Position numbers and translations under genes: made by a program. A model generated the notes under the pieces. The model saw only the letters and a list, made by a program, of their open reading frames with translations. It made no database searches and was not told where the DNA came from. A stretch of 64,000 bases of DNA, taken from contig OY760175.1 in the NCBI GenBank assembly GCA_963663165.1, positions 3,392,001 through 3,456,000 on the forward strand. The letters are read 5' to 3'. Shown here in pieces: positions 18,716-27,858 of this stretch. How positions within the stretch are numbered: position 1 is the first letter of the stretch; every line of letters starts with the position of its first letter. The DNA comes from an uncultured Desulfospira sp. (GTDB lineage Bacteria; Desulfobacterota; Desulfobacteria; Desulfobacterales; Desulfobacteraceae).

Positions 18716-19871
18716 GCTTGAATCACAGCCGTTTATAGAGAATGCCGTTAAAACATCCGGTCTGGCGGATTTCGGGGGAGATACATTTAAACCGGGCCTT
18801 GAAGCCCTGATCAAATCCCTGAACACCGACCTGGATCTGGCTGAAGGCACTGCAGGTTATTTTCAGCAGATGATCACCCAGATCCTTATCAACCGGCTGC
18901 AGGTTACCCGGTTGATTAAAGACCATCCTGAAATTCAAGACGAAAAAATAAAGGCCCCCGTTTTTATCGTTGGACTGCCCAGGACCGGCACCACCATGAT
19001 CCAGACCCTGATGGCCCTGGACCCCTTGTCCCGGTTCCTGAGAAATTTTGAATCTGCAGGGGCTGTCTGCCCGCCGCCGTCTTTATTGCCCCACAGGCCT
19101 GATCCCAGAATTCAGACCGGTCACGATGCCATGGAAGGATTATTCTCAATAAAACCTGAACTGCGGGGCATTAACGGAATTAATTTCATGGCCCTGGGCA
19201 CCGCGGAATGCCAGAACCTTATGGCCCACGAATTTGTCCATGCGGGCTGGAGCACCGGGTCCAGCCTGTTCGGTCATGGCAATTGGGTGGGGGACTGCGA
19301 CATGACACCGGCCTATGGCTGGCACAAACGCCTGCTCCAAATGTTCCAGTGGAGACTCCCCAACGAACGATGGGTGCTCAAGGCACCGGTTCATCTGTTC
19401 GGCCTGGAGCCCCTTTTGAAGACCTATCCGGATGCCAGAATCATATTTACCCATCGAGACCCGTTTGAGGCCATGCTGTCCGGCGTCAGCATGACTGCCC
19501 ACTGGACTGAGCTTACCACAGGACAGGTGGATATCCCGGCCATAGCAAACTGGTATCCTGCCCTTTGGGCCAAGGGGCTTGAGCGGGGCTTGGCGGTCAG
19601 GGATACATTGAGAAAAGAACAGGTTTTTGATGTATTTCATGCCAACCTGAGCCATGATCCGGTCAAATCCATAAAAAAAATTTACGAACACTTTGATATC
19701 CCCTTCAGTCAAACGGTCCAAAAACGGATACAGGTCTGGCTGAGGGACAATCCCCGTTCAAAATTCGGCCGCCACGTCTGCAATGCTTCTGAACTGGGAA
19801 TAGACCCGGACCGGGAAAAAGAACGGTTCGGTTTTTATCTTAACCGCGTTAACTTTGCAGGAGGCGACTAA
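18705..19871 (+). CDS. Sulfotransferase-family protein
   Basis: PVFIVGLPRTGTT (5'-PSB loop), WVLKAP.H and HRDP....S motifs; ATG at 18705 overlaps the end of tetR. Confidence 0.88.
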   Translation: MGIKLESQPFIENAVKTSGLADFGGDTFKPGLEALIKSLNTDLDLAEGTAGYFQQMITQILINRLQVTRLIKDHPEIQDEKIKAPVFIVGLPRTGTTMIQTLMALDPLSRFLRNFESAGAVCPPPSLLPHRPDPRIQTGHDAMEGLFSIKPELRGINGINFMALGTAECQNLMAHEFVHAGWSTGSSLFGHGNWVGDCDMTPAYGWHKRLLQMFQWRLPNERWVLKAPVHLFGLEPLLKTYPDARIIFTHRDPFEAMLSGVSMTAHWTELTTGQVDIPAIANWYPALWAKGLERGLAVRDTLRKEQVFDVFHANLSHDPVKSIKKIYEHFDIPFSQTVQKRIQVWLRDNPRSKFGRHVCNASELGIDPDREKERFGFYLNRVNFAGGD

Positions 19872-20030
19872 TTGCTACCTGGTTCTCAATTTTAAAATCA
19901 TCTGGGTCATCTGCTGTGATTTTAAGATACTGGAGAGCTAACCTGGACAAAAAGGCAGCAAGGAAAACCGCGGCGGAACCCTTTTGAGCCCGGACTCAGC
20001 GCCAAGGCTATGTTCATTGTTCAATGACGG

Positions 20031-20888
20031 TTATAATTTTTCGATAATTTTTTCCAATGCCGCATTAAATTCTGCGGGGGTTACCCGGGGAATGAAATGG
20101 CCTGAGCCGGGAATCAGGACAACATGGTCATGCAGCGTTTTTTCGTTACCTTCCGGGCCACCGTTGATGTTATATAGCATTGGTGAAAACTTTTTAAGCT
20201 CAACCGGCTCTTTTTGTGAATTCCATTTGATGCATTCATACAAGGAACTGATTCCCATCTTATGATCAGCGGCCAACATAGATTGATAAGTTGAATTGAC
20301 CATATCCGGGTCTGCACCCGGCACAAACATTGACCCCACCGTTTCCTTCAACGCCGCCGGATAATCTTTTTTCAGTTTCTCAAGAAATGCCATTTTCATT
20401 TTTTCCGGAACAGAGGCAAGCGGCGTATAGAATGCATCAACGGCAACGATTCCAATCACTTTTTCCCCGAGCAGTTTGGCCGCTTCGATCACTATGGGGC
20501 CGCCCATGGAATGGCCGACAAGCACTATTTTTTTAGCGTCAACCTTGTCGGAAACCGCTTTCACATCCCGGGCAAATGCCGGCATTGTAAATTTCTGACG
20601 GTCGGTTTCAGAGTCCCCGTGGCCTGCCAGATCCAGCCAAACCACCTTATGGTTACGGGAAAAATAATCCATCTGATGCTGCCATACGGTATGATCACAC
20701 AACCAGCCGTGAACGAACAAAAGGGTGGTTTCCCCCTGCCCGCAAGCCCCATACGCGATACGGGTACCGGCAGATTCGGCGAATAATTTTTCAGGCTGGC
20801 CGACCGGGCTGTTTTTGGCGCAGCCCGGCAAAAACAGCCCTATCATTGCGGCCATCAGGTAAATGGCAATTGTCTTATTTTTTATCAT
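20031..20888 (-). CDS. Alpha/beta hydrolase, probable lipoprotein
   Basis: Lipobox-like LPGC; FVHGW, DLAGHG.S, GHSMGG and GHF motifs. Confidence 0.85.
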   Translation of the reverse strand: MIKNKTIAIYLMAAMIGLFLPGCAKNSPVGQPEKLFAESAGTRIAYGACGQGETTLLFVHGWLCDHTVWQHQMDYFSRNHKVVWLDLAGHGDSETDRQKFTMPAFARDVKAVSDKVDAKKIVLVGHSMGGPIVIEAAKLLGEKVIGIVAVDAFYTPLASVPEKMKMAFLEKLKKDYPAALKETVGSMFVPGADPDMVNSTYQSMLAADHKMGISSLYECIKWNSQKEPVELKKFSPMLYNINGGPEGNEKTLHDHVVLIPGSGHFIPRVTPAEFNAALEKIIEKL

Positions 20889-20944
20889 AGTTATTGAAAC
20901 GGCTTTTTGAATCACAGATCTATTTTCCCCCATTATCAGGCCTC

Positions 20945-21685
20945 TCAACCGATTAAAATCATCCCGCAGGCAGGTTTAGACTTTTCAGATTTCCATCCTG
21001 CCAGTTCCATCAATTTTTTAACGTTTATGCCGAAACCGGACATGGATTGTCTTGCCATATCAGGATGTCTGCATTCGCCTTCACCGGACAGCACATTACA
21101 TTTTATGTGTTCCCCGCAAAATAATTTTTTACATGAACCGGCCGCATAAGCACAGGATTTTTCATACCCCATTTGCTTTGCCTTATTTTCAATGGATGAT
21201 CCGATTTCATGCAGCAGCCTGAATATTTCAATCCGCTGATAGGAGTACATAATATCTGAAGGGACTGAAATCTTAAATACCATAGCATCGGTATACTGTT
21301 GAATCCGTTTGCGAAACCCATCAGGGCCGCTCACATTGGGCGGACACCTGAATGAGGCCCCATAATTTTCACACGCTGGATTTTGACACAATGCCGCCAG
21401 CTCATCGCTGATTTCAATGTTATGGGACATGATCCATGCCGCGTCGGTTGCGCCCAGGCTATGGGCTGTTTGTAACAGCACTTCAAAATTTATTCGGTCT
21501 CTTGGTTTAAGGCCACCGTTTTCATCCGTTGATGCGGACCTTGCTGATAAATATTCTTCCCAGGGGTTGCAAACCGGTTTTGCGGCCCAAAGCCTGTCAA
21601 TGTAACAATCTTCACATAAAATTTCTTCCTTATACTTTCGTTTCTCACCTTCCGGGATCGCTGCGTTGCACTGGCGGCATTTCAT
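20945..21685 (-). CDS. N-terminal CxxC...CxxC zinc ribbon fused to a DUF2284 metal-binding domain
   Basis: MKCRQC...LCEDCY; C....C.NYG....CPP; AGSCK..C...C...C.HP..AR.SMSG.GINV. Confidence 0.8.
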   Translation of the reverse strand: MKCRQCNAAIPEGEKRKYKEEILCEDCYIDRLWAAKPVCNPWEEYLSARSASTDENGGLKPRDRINFEVLLQTAHSLGATDAAWIMSHNIEISDELAALCQNPACENYGASFRCPPNVSGPDGFRKRIQQYTDAMVFKISVPSDIMYSYQRIEIFRLLHEIGSSIENKAKQMGYEKSCAYAAGSCKKLFCGEHIKCNVLSGEGECRHPDMARQSMSGFGINVKKLMELAGWKSEKSKPACGMILIG

Positions 21686-21803
21686 ATGATTCTTCCTATT
21701 CAAAACAGAGTGCGGGCATCTGCGGCTTTCCCGCGGCCCGTTTTTATTCTGCATTCATATTCTGACTTCCTGAAGACTATAATCCGGCTAACGATGAAAA
21801 GCC

Positions 21804-21821
21804 ATCACCCTTTTGGGGGAT
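21804..21821. promoter_or_regulatory. Second copy of the 18-bp palindrome (ATCACCCTTTTGGGGGAT)
   Basis: 16/18 identical to 676-693. Confidence 0.5.
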
Positions 21822-22024
21822 ATTCAGCAACATTGCTGAAATTCGTATGTTTTTTTAAGGCCGTTCCGCCCTTGTTTTCGGACCATACTTATGGTACCGA
21901 ATACCCTGTTTACAAGACTCATTTATAAGGGACATTCCATAAGTTCATGCCCTTACCGGCCTTACACTGCCTTTTCTTCCGGCCACAGGGCACAGTCCCG
22001 CCACCTTAAAACCGGAGGGTTCAA

Positions 22025-22801
22025 ATGGATTACGAAGAGATCACTTTTTCCAAGGCCGATGACATTGGGATTTTAGCCCTTGACACCCCTGAAAAGATCA
22101 ATGCCCTTTCCCGGCAAAAAATCAATGAAATCATCCATGCCCTGGAACGGGTAGCAGAGGATGAATCCGTTAAAGTGCTGATTCTCAAGGCCAATGGAAA
22201 ACATTTTTGCGCCGGACACGACCTGTCTGAAATGGTGGACCAGGGGACCAAAGAGTACAAGATTATCTTTGACCGGTGTACCCGGATGATGATGATGCTC
22301 CACGAAATCCCCCAGCCCGTGATCTGCCAGGTCCAGGGAATTGCCACTGCTGCCGGCTGCCAATTGGCGGCCTGGTGCGATCTGGTGGTGGCGGCGGACA
22401 ATGCCAGGTTCTCCACCCCCGGGGTCAAGATCGGCCTTTTCTGCACCACCCCCATGGTGGCCATTACCCGGGCCATCGGCAGAAAGGCAGCCATGGAGAT
22501 GCTGCTTACCGGCCGGGATTTTCCCGCATCCGAGGCCAGGGAACTCGGCCTTGTCAACCGGGTGGTCCCTCTGGAAAACCTGGACACGGAGACCATGGAC
22601 CTTGCCCGGCAGATTTCCCAGGCCAGCGGGTTTGCTCTGGCCATCGGCAAACAGGGACTTTATGCCCAGGCCGACATGACCGATGCCCAGGCCCTGCACT
22701 ATGCCAAACATACCATTGTGATGAACAACACCTCTGAAGATGCCCAGAACGGCATCAACGCGTTTTTGAATAAAACTTCGCCTGTGTGGAAGGACCGGTA
22801 G
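22025..22801 (+). CDS. Enoyl-CoA hydratase/isomerase family
   Basis: FCAGHDL, ATAAGCQL, F.TPGV.IGLFC.TP motifs. Confidence 0.9.
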   Translation: MDYEEITFSKADDIGILALDTPEKINALSRQKINEIIHALERVAEDESVKVLILKANGKHFCAGHDLSEMVDQGTKEYKIIFDRCTRMMMMLHEIPQPVICQVQGIATAAGCQLAAWCDLVVAADNARFSTPGVKIGLFCTTPMVAITRAIGRKAAMEMLLTGRDFPASEARELGLVNRVVPLENLDTETMDLARQISQASGFALAIGKQGLYAQADMTDAQALHYAKHTIVMNNTSEDAQNGINAFLNKTSPVWKDR

Positions 22802-22809
22802 CCTGGCCG

Positions 22810-24141
22810 TCACCCCATGTGCGGATACTTTTTAAGCTGGCTGAACGTAAAAAAACAGCCGGTCAAGCCGGCGATCAGATAGGAAAAGGCCAGGGCAGCA
22901 AAAATACCTGCCGGGCCCATATATGGTGATGAGATCCAGGCAACGGGAAAATAAAGAATAAATACCTGGGCCAGAATAAGGCCGGTTGAGTGGACCGGTC
23001 TTTTTAACACGTTAAGGGTGGCACAGGCCAGCTGCATCATCCCCAGAAACCCCAAAGCCGGAGGAATGACCCAAAGGTAAACCAGGGCGACTCCGGCCAC
23101 GTCAGGATCCGTGCTGTAACAATGAACAACAGGCTTTGCCGCCGCTAAAATAAGTATGTAAACGGCCGCACCGTACATCAAAGAAAATTTGTTGGCGGCC
23201 TTAATCCCGCAAAGAACCCGGCCGCTATGACCGGCCCCAAGGTTTTGTCCCACGAAAATGGGAACAGCTGCCACCAGTGCATTAACCGCCAGCATGGCAA
23301 ACAGTTCAATCCTTACCGCAATGCCCAACCCGGCCACGGCATGGCTGCCGTGGGCTGCAACCATGACCGTGACCAGGCCCGAGGCAATGGGAAGGATGAG
23401 CCGGCTCAGTATGCTGGGCAGCCCCACAACCATGATCTCCTTTAAGCTGCCGGCCACAGCTGATATGGGTTCGGGCCGGAAACGCAGCACCCCGTGTTTC
23501 ACTGTTAAAAGACAGAGTACCGCCAAAAAAGATGCCCCCCGGGCAATTACCGTGGCCAGGGCCGCCCCGGCCACCCCCATCCCCTTTACGGAACCCATAC
23601 CGAATATCAGCACCGGGTCCAGAATTGTGTTCATGAGAATACTGATCAAGACAATCCTTGACGTGGTTCGGGTATCCCCCATGCCTTGGATCACCGCCAT
23701 GCCGGCCATGGGAACCACCATGAAAATCACCCCGGGATACCAGATCTGCATGTATGCCCTGATGGCTTCAAGTGTACAGCCCGAAGCCCCGAGAAAAGAA
23801 AATAACGGCGTTATGGTGATGTACCCCGCGATTGCGAAAAAACCCACTAGTACAAGGGCCAGAACCAGGCCCCATGTGGCGGTCCGGGAAAGCTTCGGGA
23901 AATCATCTTCCCCTGCGGCCCTGGATATGGCCGCAGCAATACCTGCCCCCAGGCCGTGGGCCAGACTGCCCATGACCATGACCAGAGGAAAGGAAAACGA
24001 CAGGGCAGCCAATTCAACGCTGCCCAGCTGCCCCACAAAATAGGTGTCAATGAGGTTGAACAGGACAAGGCCCAGCATACTCACGGCCATGGGACCTGCC
24101 AGACGCGCCAGAACCAAGCTTTCCCGTTCAGTGGTGATCAT
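22810..24141 (-). CDS. MATE-family efflux transporter
   Basis: D..FVGQLG...LAA, G.GDT, N.ILDP.LIFG, GAALAT and GQNLGA motifs. Confidence 0.9.
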   Translation of the reverse strand: MITTERESLVLARLAGPMAVSMLGLVLFNLIDTYFVGQLGSVELAALSFSFPLVMVMGSLAHGLGAGIAAAISRAAGEDDFPKLSRTATWGLVLALVLVGFFAIAGYITITPLFSFLGASGCTLEAIRAYMQIWYPGVIFMVVPMAGMAVIQGMGDTRTTSRIVLISILMNTILDPVLIFGMGSVKGMGVAGAALATVIARGASFLAVLCLLTVKHGVLRFRPEPISAVAGSLKEIMVVGLPSILSRLILPIASGLVTVMVAAHGSHAVAGLGIAVRIELFAMLAVNALVAAVPIFVGQNLGAGHSGRVLCGIKAANKFSLMYGAAVYILILAAAKPVVHCYSTDPDVAGVALVYLWVIPPALGFLGMMQLACATLNVLKRPVHSTGLILAQVFILYFPVAWISSPYMGPAGIFAALAFSYLIAGLTGCFFTFSQLKKYPHMG

Positions 24142-24177
24142 TTTATAAAAGATTGCCCCCGGCGGCCGCCTCCCCTG

Positions 24178-24675
24178 TTAACCCGAATTTTTCAGCGCCT
24201 TGATCAACCGGTCCGTGTTCCTTTGGCAAAGGAAAATGGTTAAGCCCAGCATGCAAAAGGCGGCGCAGGTGCAAATGACCCAGGGCAGGTTTAACTGCTG
24301 ACGCTTTGGGGCGGCCTTTGGGGCTTTGGCGGTATCGGTCTTCCCGGCTTTAACAGTAAATCCTTGTGGAGGGGCCACCCCTTCTTTCATTGCCTGATGA
24401 CCGGGGCCTCCGTCCAGAATGATCCGGTAAGGCTGATTGGGGATGTCAACCGTAAGCTCGCTTTCCATGGGCAGCCGCTTTTCAAAGATAATCTCGCTGC
24501 TGCCAAGGGTTTCCAGCCGGACCACGGCCCCGGTGGCCAGGGCTCCGGTGTCAAATTTACCCTGAACGGTAATGGTGCCGTCCTCATTGTCCAGCACATG
24601 GAGAAGCAGTGAATGGGCATTGGCACAATTTACCGAAAACAACAAAAACATCATTCCTAAGCATATGGATTTCAT
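24178..24675 (-). CDS. Exported protein with C-terminal membrane anchor, hypothetical
   Basis: Signal peptide, AHS N-terminus, DGGPGH motif and a C-terminal TM helix; coupled to the PepSY gene. Confidence 0.7.
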   Translation of the reverse strand: MKSICLGMMFLLFSVNCANAHSLLLHVLDNEDGTITVQGKFDTGALATGAVVRLETLGSSEIIFEKRLPMESELTVDIPNQPYRIILDGGPGHQAMKEGVAPPQGFTVKAGKTDTAKAPKAAPKRQQLNLPWVICTCAAFCMLGLTIFLCQRNTDRLIKALKNSG

Positions 24676-26249
24676 TATAATATCTCCTTAAACCCCCTGG
24701 TCAAGCCGCCGGTTTCTGCCGCTCCGGCGTTTGGCAGTTTCCAGGCAAGCACCAGAAACACCATACCGGCCAGTGCAAAGCCCAGATCCACACATAAAAT
24801 ATTCAGCATCCGGTCCTGGATCATCCCCATTGGGCCGGTGCCGGTCCGGACAAAATGAAGCAGGGGGGCCAAAAGAAACAGGAGACCGCCGGTTATGAGA
24901 AACTCCTTTGCCGCCTGCAATGTGCTGACCCGATAAAAAGACCAGGCAAGGCTGCCCAGCCAGGCGTTAAAGAACAGTCCCTGCTGCCAGGTCAGCCGGA
25001 AGGCCATGTCAAAGGGCAGGACCCATTGAAGGTTAAGAAAAAGTCCGGTGGCCGGGATCACACCCACCATGACCGTAAGGGACAGCTTGTCCATCCAGTG
25101 GTAAAAGGGAATGCGGTCTTCAAATCGTCTGGCTCTTTTTTTCAGGGAAAGCATAACGCCAAACCCCAGGGCAAGGCCCGTTCCCAGCATAAACCCAAAC
25201 ACCAGCAGCCGGGTTGCGATGCCGACTCCGAAAAGCAGGTGCAGAAAATAAACCGCTTCGGTTAAAAGGACTCCCCACGGCCGGTCTTCCACCCGGTTTT
25301 GGGAAATCAGGCTGCCGTCGGTTCCTTTAAGGGCCACCGCCGGTTTGTTGGTGACCCCGTTTAGAAAAGGCCTGAAGGGATTGTACCCTTCCAGCCGGAT
25401 GACGGCGCTTTTGTCCCCCCAGTTTTCCAGGATAAGCCGCTGAAAGCGAATTTGGGGGTTGACCTGCCGGGCTTTTTCAATAAGGGCGGTTAATTTATTC
25501 ATGGGCACGGGCTGATTCAGGGCCTTTACCGGTGCTGGTTCGGGAAACAGAACCGGTCCGATGACCGGCCGGATATTGGCAGTCTTGCCCTTGGTGAGGA
25601 CATAGGTCATGGGACCGGTGCCGTCAAAGCTGATCCCCATGACAGACCCGCATAATACCACCAGGAAAAAAGGCAGAAAAGTCCAGAGAAACAAGCGGCG
25701 GTGCCATTTTGAATACACCGTCTGCGCGGACCTGCCCTTATTTTTATATGTAAACAGGGCAATCAAAAACAGCCCGCCCCCGATCAGAAACATAACCCCC
25801 GGTGTCATCAGCCCAAAAAGAACAAGCCCGGTCTTTTTCAAAGGCCTGGCATAGTGCATGCCGTTCAGAAACATGGCCAGATGGGTGGCCGGTCCCTCAT
25901 CTTGTATCTGCTGTCCGGTGTTGGGGTTGAACACGGTTTCCCGGGTAAACAGGTGGGAGATCCTCAATGCCGGGTCTTTTTTATATCCCGGAAGGCTGAT
26001 AAAGATTCTGTCCCTGGGAAAATCGGGGTCTGAAAGGACTTGTTCGAGCATGGACTCATAGTCTATGTCCGGGATATCCGCCTGGCGGAAATGGCGGGAG
26101 GGTTTTTCCCACGCGTTAAGGTAGGGCATGAAAATGGCAAAGAGGCCGAAAAAAACCGATGTATACATAAAAAGGCTTAACAGAATGCCCAGAAAAACAT
26201 GGCCCCGGTATAATTGTTGTCTGAATTGTCTGGAGGTTGCGATTTTCAT
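24675..26249 (-). CDS. PepSY-associated TM helix protein (iron-regulated membrane protein)
   Basis: H...G at the N-terminus; further His residues in GMHY, KWHR and FLHL; multiple TM helices. Confidence 0.85.
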   Translation of the reverse strand: MKIATSRQFRQQLYRGHVFLGILLSLFMYTSVFFGLFAIFMPYLNAWEKPSRHFRQADIPDIDYESMLEQVLSDPDFPRDRIFISLPGYKKDPALRISHLFTRETVFNPNTGQQIQDEGPATHLAMFLNGMHYARPLKKTGLVLFGLMTPGVMFLIGGGLFLIALFTYKNKGRSAQTVYSKWHRRLFLWTFLPFFLVVLCGSVMGISFDGTGPMTYVLTKGKTANIRPVIGPVLFPEPAPVKALNQPVPMNKLTALIEKARQVNPQIRFQRLILENWGDKSAVIRLEGYNPFRPFLNGVTNKPAVALKGTDGSLISQNRVEDRPWGVLLTEAVYFLHLLFGVGIATRLLVFGFMLGTGLALGFGVMLSLKKRARRFEDRIPFYHWMDKLSLTVMVGVIPATGLFLNLQWVLPFDMAFRLTWQQGLFFNAWLGSLAWSFYRVSTLQAAKEFLITGGLLFLLAPLLHFVRTGTGPMGMIQDRMLNILCVDLGFALAGMVFLVLAWKLPNAGAAETGGLTRGFKEIL

Positions 26250-26259
26250 GGATCGGGCC

Positions 26260-26580
26260 TTACCGTTGAAGTAAAAAGATTGCGGCTGAAAACAGCAGGG
26301 TCGAAACCAGGGCCCTTAGAAAGGCTGCCCGGCGTGTGGGGGACACGGAAACCCACAAGGCGGCCATGGACCAGGCAAGCGGGGTAAATAAAAAAGGAAC
26401 AATAAGGGATTCTTCCATTTTCCAGGGAAGAAGCTGTGCAAAAAGGGCCATGCCCGAATAGGCTGCCAAAAGCCCCCCGATTCCGGCGCAAAGCGCTTTA
26501 AACCAACCGATTCTGTTGCCGGGCCGCCTGGGGGCGGGGTTGAATTTATGGGATGTAATGGTCATGGACACCTGTATCAA
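26260..26580 (-). CDS. Small 3-TM membrane protein of iron-uptake loci
   Basis: Hydrophobic, A.IGG...AY motif; directly upstream of the PepSY gene; start uncertain. Confidence 0.65.
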   Translation of the reverse strand: MIQVSMTITSHKFNPAPRRPGNRIGWFKALCAGIGGLLAAYSGMALFAQLLPWKMEESLIVPFLFTPLAWSMAALWVSVSPTRRAAFLRALVSTLLFSAAIFLLQR

Positions 26581-26599
26581 GCTCTGGCTGTTAAGCGTG

Positions 26600-26634
26600 G
26601 GCTAATGGCTAATGGCTAATGGCCAATGGCTAAC
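26600..26634. repeat. Heptamer tandem repeat (GGCTAAT) x5
   Basis: ggctaat ggctaat ggctaat ggccaat ggctaac. Confidence 0.85.
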
Positions 26635-26679
26635 AATACCACGGCCGCATAAACCCCGCTAACGGTGACCTGTTTTTTT

Positions 26680-27636
26680 TTAGCGGAAATTGGCATCTTC
26701 CTGACAGGTTCTGGCTATCTGGCCGGGAAGATGCCCGGTAAACGCTTTGAATACTTTTGAAAAATGGCTGAGACTGGAATACCCGACCAGGCCGGCCGCC
26801 TGGGTAACGTTCATTTTTCCACGGCGCAAAAGCTGTTCGGCTTTTTCCATGCGCTTGTGCCTTAAATAATCAAACGGCGTTTTGCCGTATACCTTTCTAA
26901 AACACTTGTGCAGCTTGCTTTGGCAGATGCCGGCCTGGCGGGCCAGCCGGGACAGATCCGGCGGGTTTTCCAAGTCCTGAACCAGCAATTGGGCCGCATA
27001 CCGGGTCCGGTCAAGGTCTTCATCCTTTAAGCGGTCATGGCCCGGGGCGGTTGCCGATTCCAGGGGCTCAAGCTTAAGGGCCATCAGTTCAAGGACCTTG
27101 CCTTTCAGGAACAGCTCACGGGCCATTCCCTGTAAAGGGCAGTCAATGATCTGTAAAACCGCACTGTGCATGGCAGGGGTCAGGGGGGTAAATCTTCTGC
27201 CCTGGAAAGAAAACAGCTTCTCAATAACCGGGGGAAAGGTGTTTTCTTCATTTTTAAAAATTGGGTCACACGCCCGGGGTTCCAGCATGATGTTGAGCCG
27301 GACCACCCGGTCCGTGCCCACAACCTCCTCCATACTCCCGGTACCCAGGTTGAACACAGCACTCTTTCCGGCCTGGATGGTATCGGGTTTGGCAAACCCT
27401 TCAGGCCGGCTGTCAATCCGGCCGGACAGGCAGAATCCAAATCCCAGGGACGCCGGGAAGGCGTTATAGGCCATAAGTGTTGTGGTGTTAAGGGTATAGT
27501 CGGATATGGAAAGGCGGATGCCGGACCCAAGCTCCAACATCCGGACATACCCTGTGCCCACATCCCGGGGCAGGGGAATGGTTGCCATACGGGCAGTGTC
27601 CATGGCAGGCGCGGGTGAAATATGCAACGTTTGCAT
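26680..27636 (-). CDS. AraC-family regulator (PchR/YbtA-like)
   Basis: LFL.GK.LEL; L..PP.L..LAR; F..VYG.T...YL...RM..A; V...A..VGYSS.SHFS..FK. Confidence 0.9.
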   Translation of the reverse strand: MQTLHISPAPAMDTARMATIPLPRDVGTGYVRMLELGSGIRLSISDYTLNTTTLMAYNAFPASLGFGFCLSGRIDSRPEGFAKPDTIQAGKSAVFNLGTGSMEEVVGTDRVVRLNIMLEPRACDPIFKNEENTFPPVIEKLFSFQGRRFTPLTPAMHSAVLQIIDCPLQGMARELFLKGKVLELMALKLEPLESATAPGHDRLKDEDLDRTRYAAQLLVQDLENPPDLSRLARQAGICQSKLHKCFRKVYGKTPFDYLRHKRMEKAEQLLRRGKMNVTQAAGLVGYSSLSHFSKVFKAFTGHLPGQIARTCQEDANFR

Positions 27637-27775
27637 GTTTATAAAAGACCCCTTCTCATATAAAGTCGTTTAGGCTAAAAATATTTTAGATATCTAACAA
27701 AATATTTAATAAAACTCAATATTGGATTCACCCGAAATCACATAGCCCACAAAAATTGCCCGGGGCCGGGCAAAT

Positions 27776-27816
27776 AAAAACCGGCAGCCAGGGGAGGGGC
27801 GGCCCCCGGCTGCCGG
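27776..27816 (-). terminator. Intrinsic terminator downstream of the TonB receptor gene
   Basis: CCGGCAGCC...GGCTGCCGG stem followed by a T-run on the minus strand. Confidence 0.7.
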
Positions 27817-27858
27817 CACCTTGAAAACGGCGGCTTAAAAAGTCATGAAATTTCCGGG

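Noticed and set aside
19933..20035. Possible attC-like remnant after the hydrolase gene (ATAAC...GTTAGCT on the minus strand)
   Set aside because: The ends are not complementary, internal pairing is weak, and there is only one instance.
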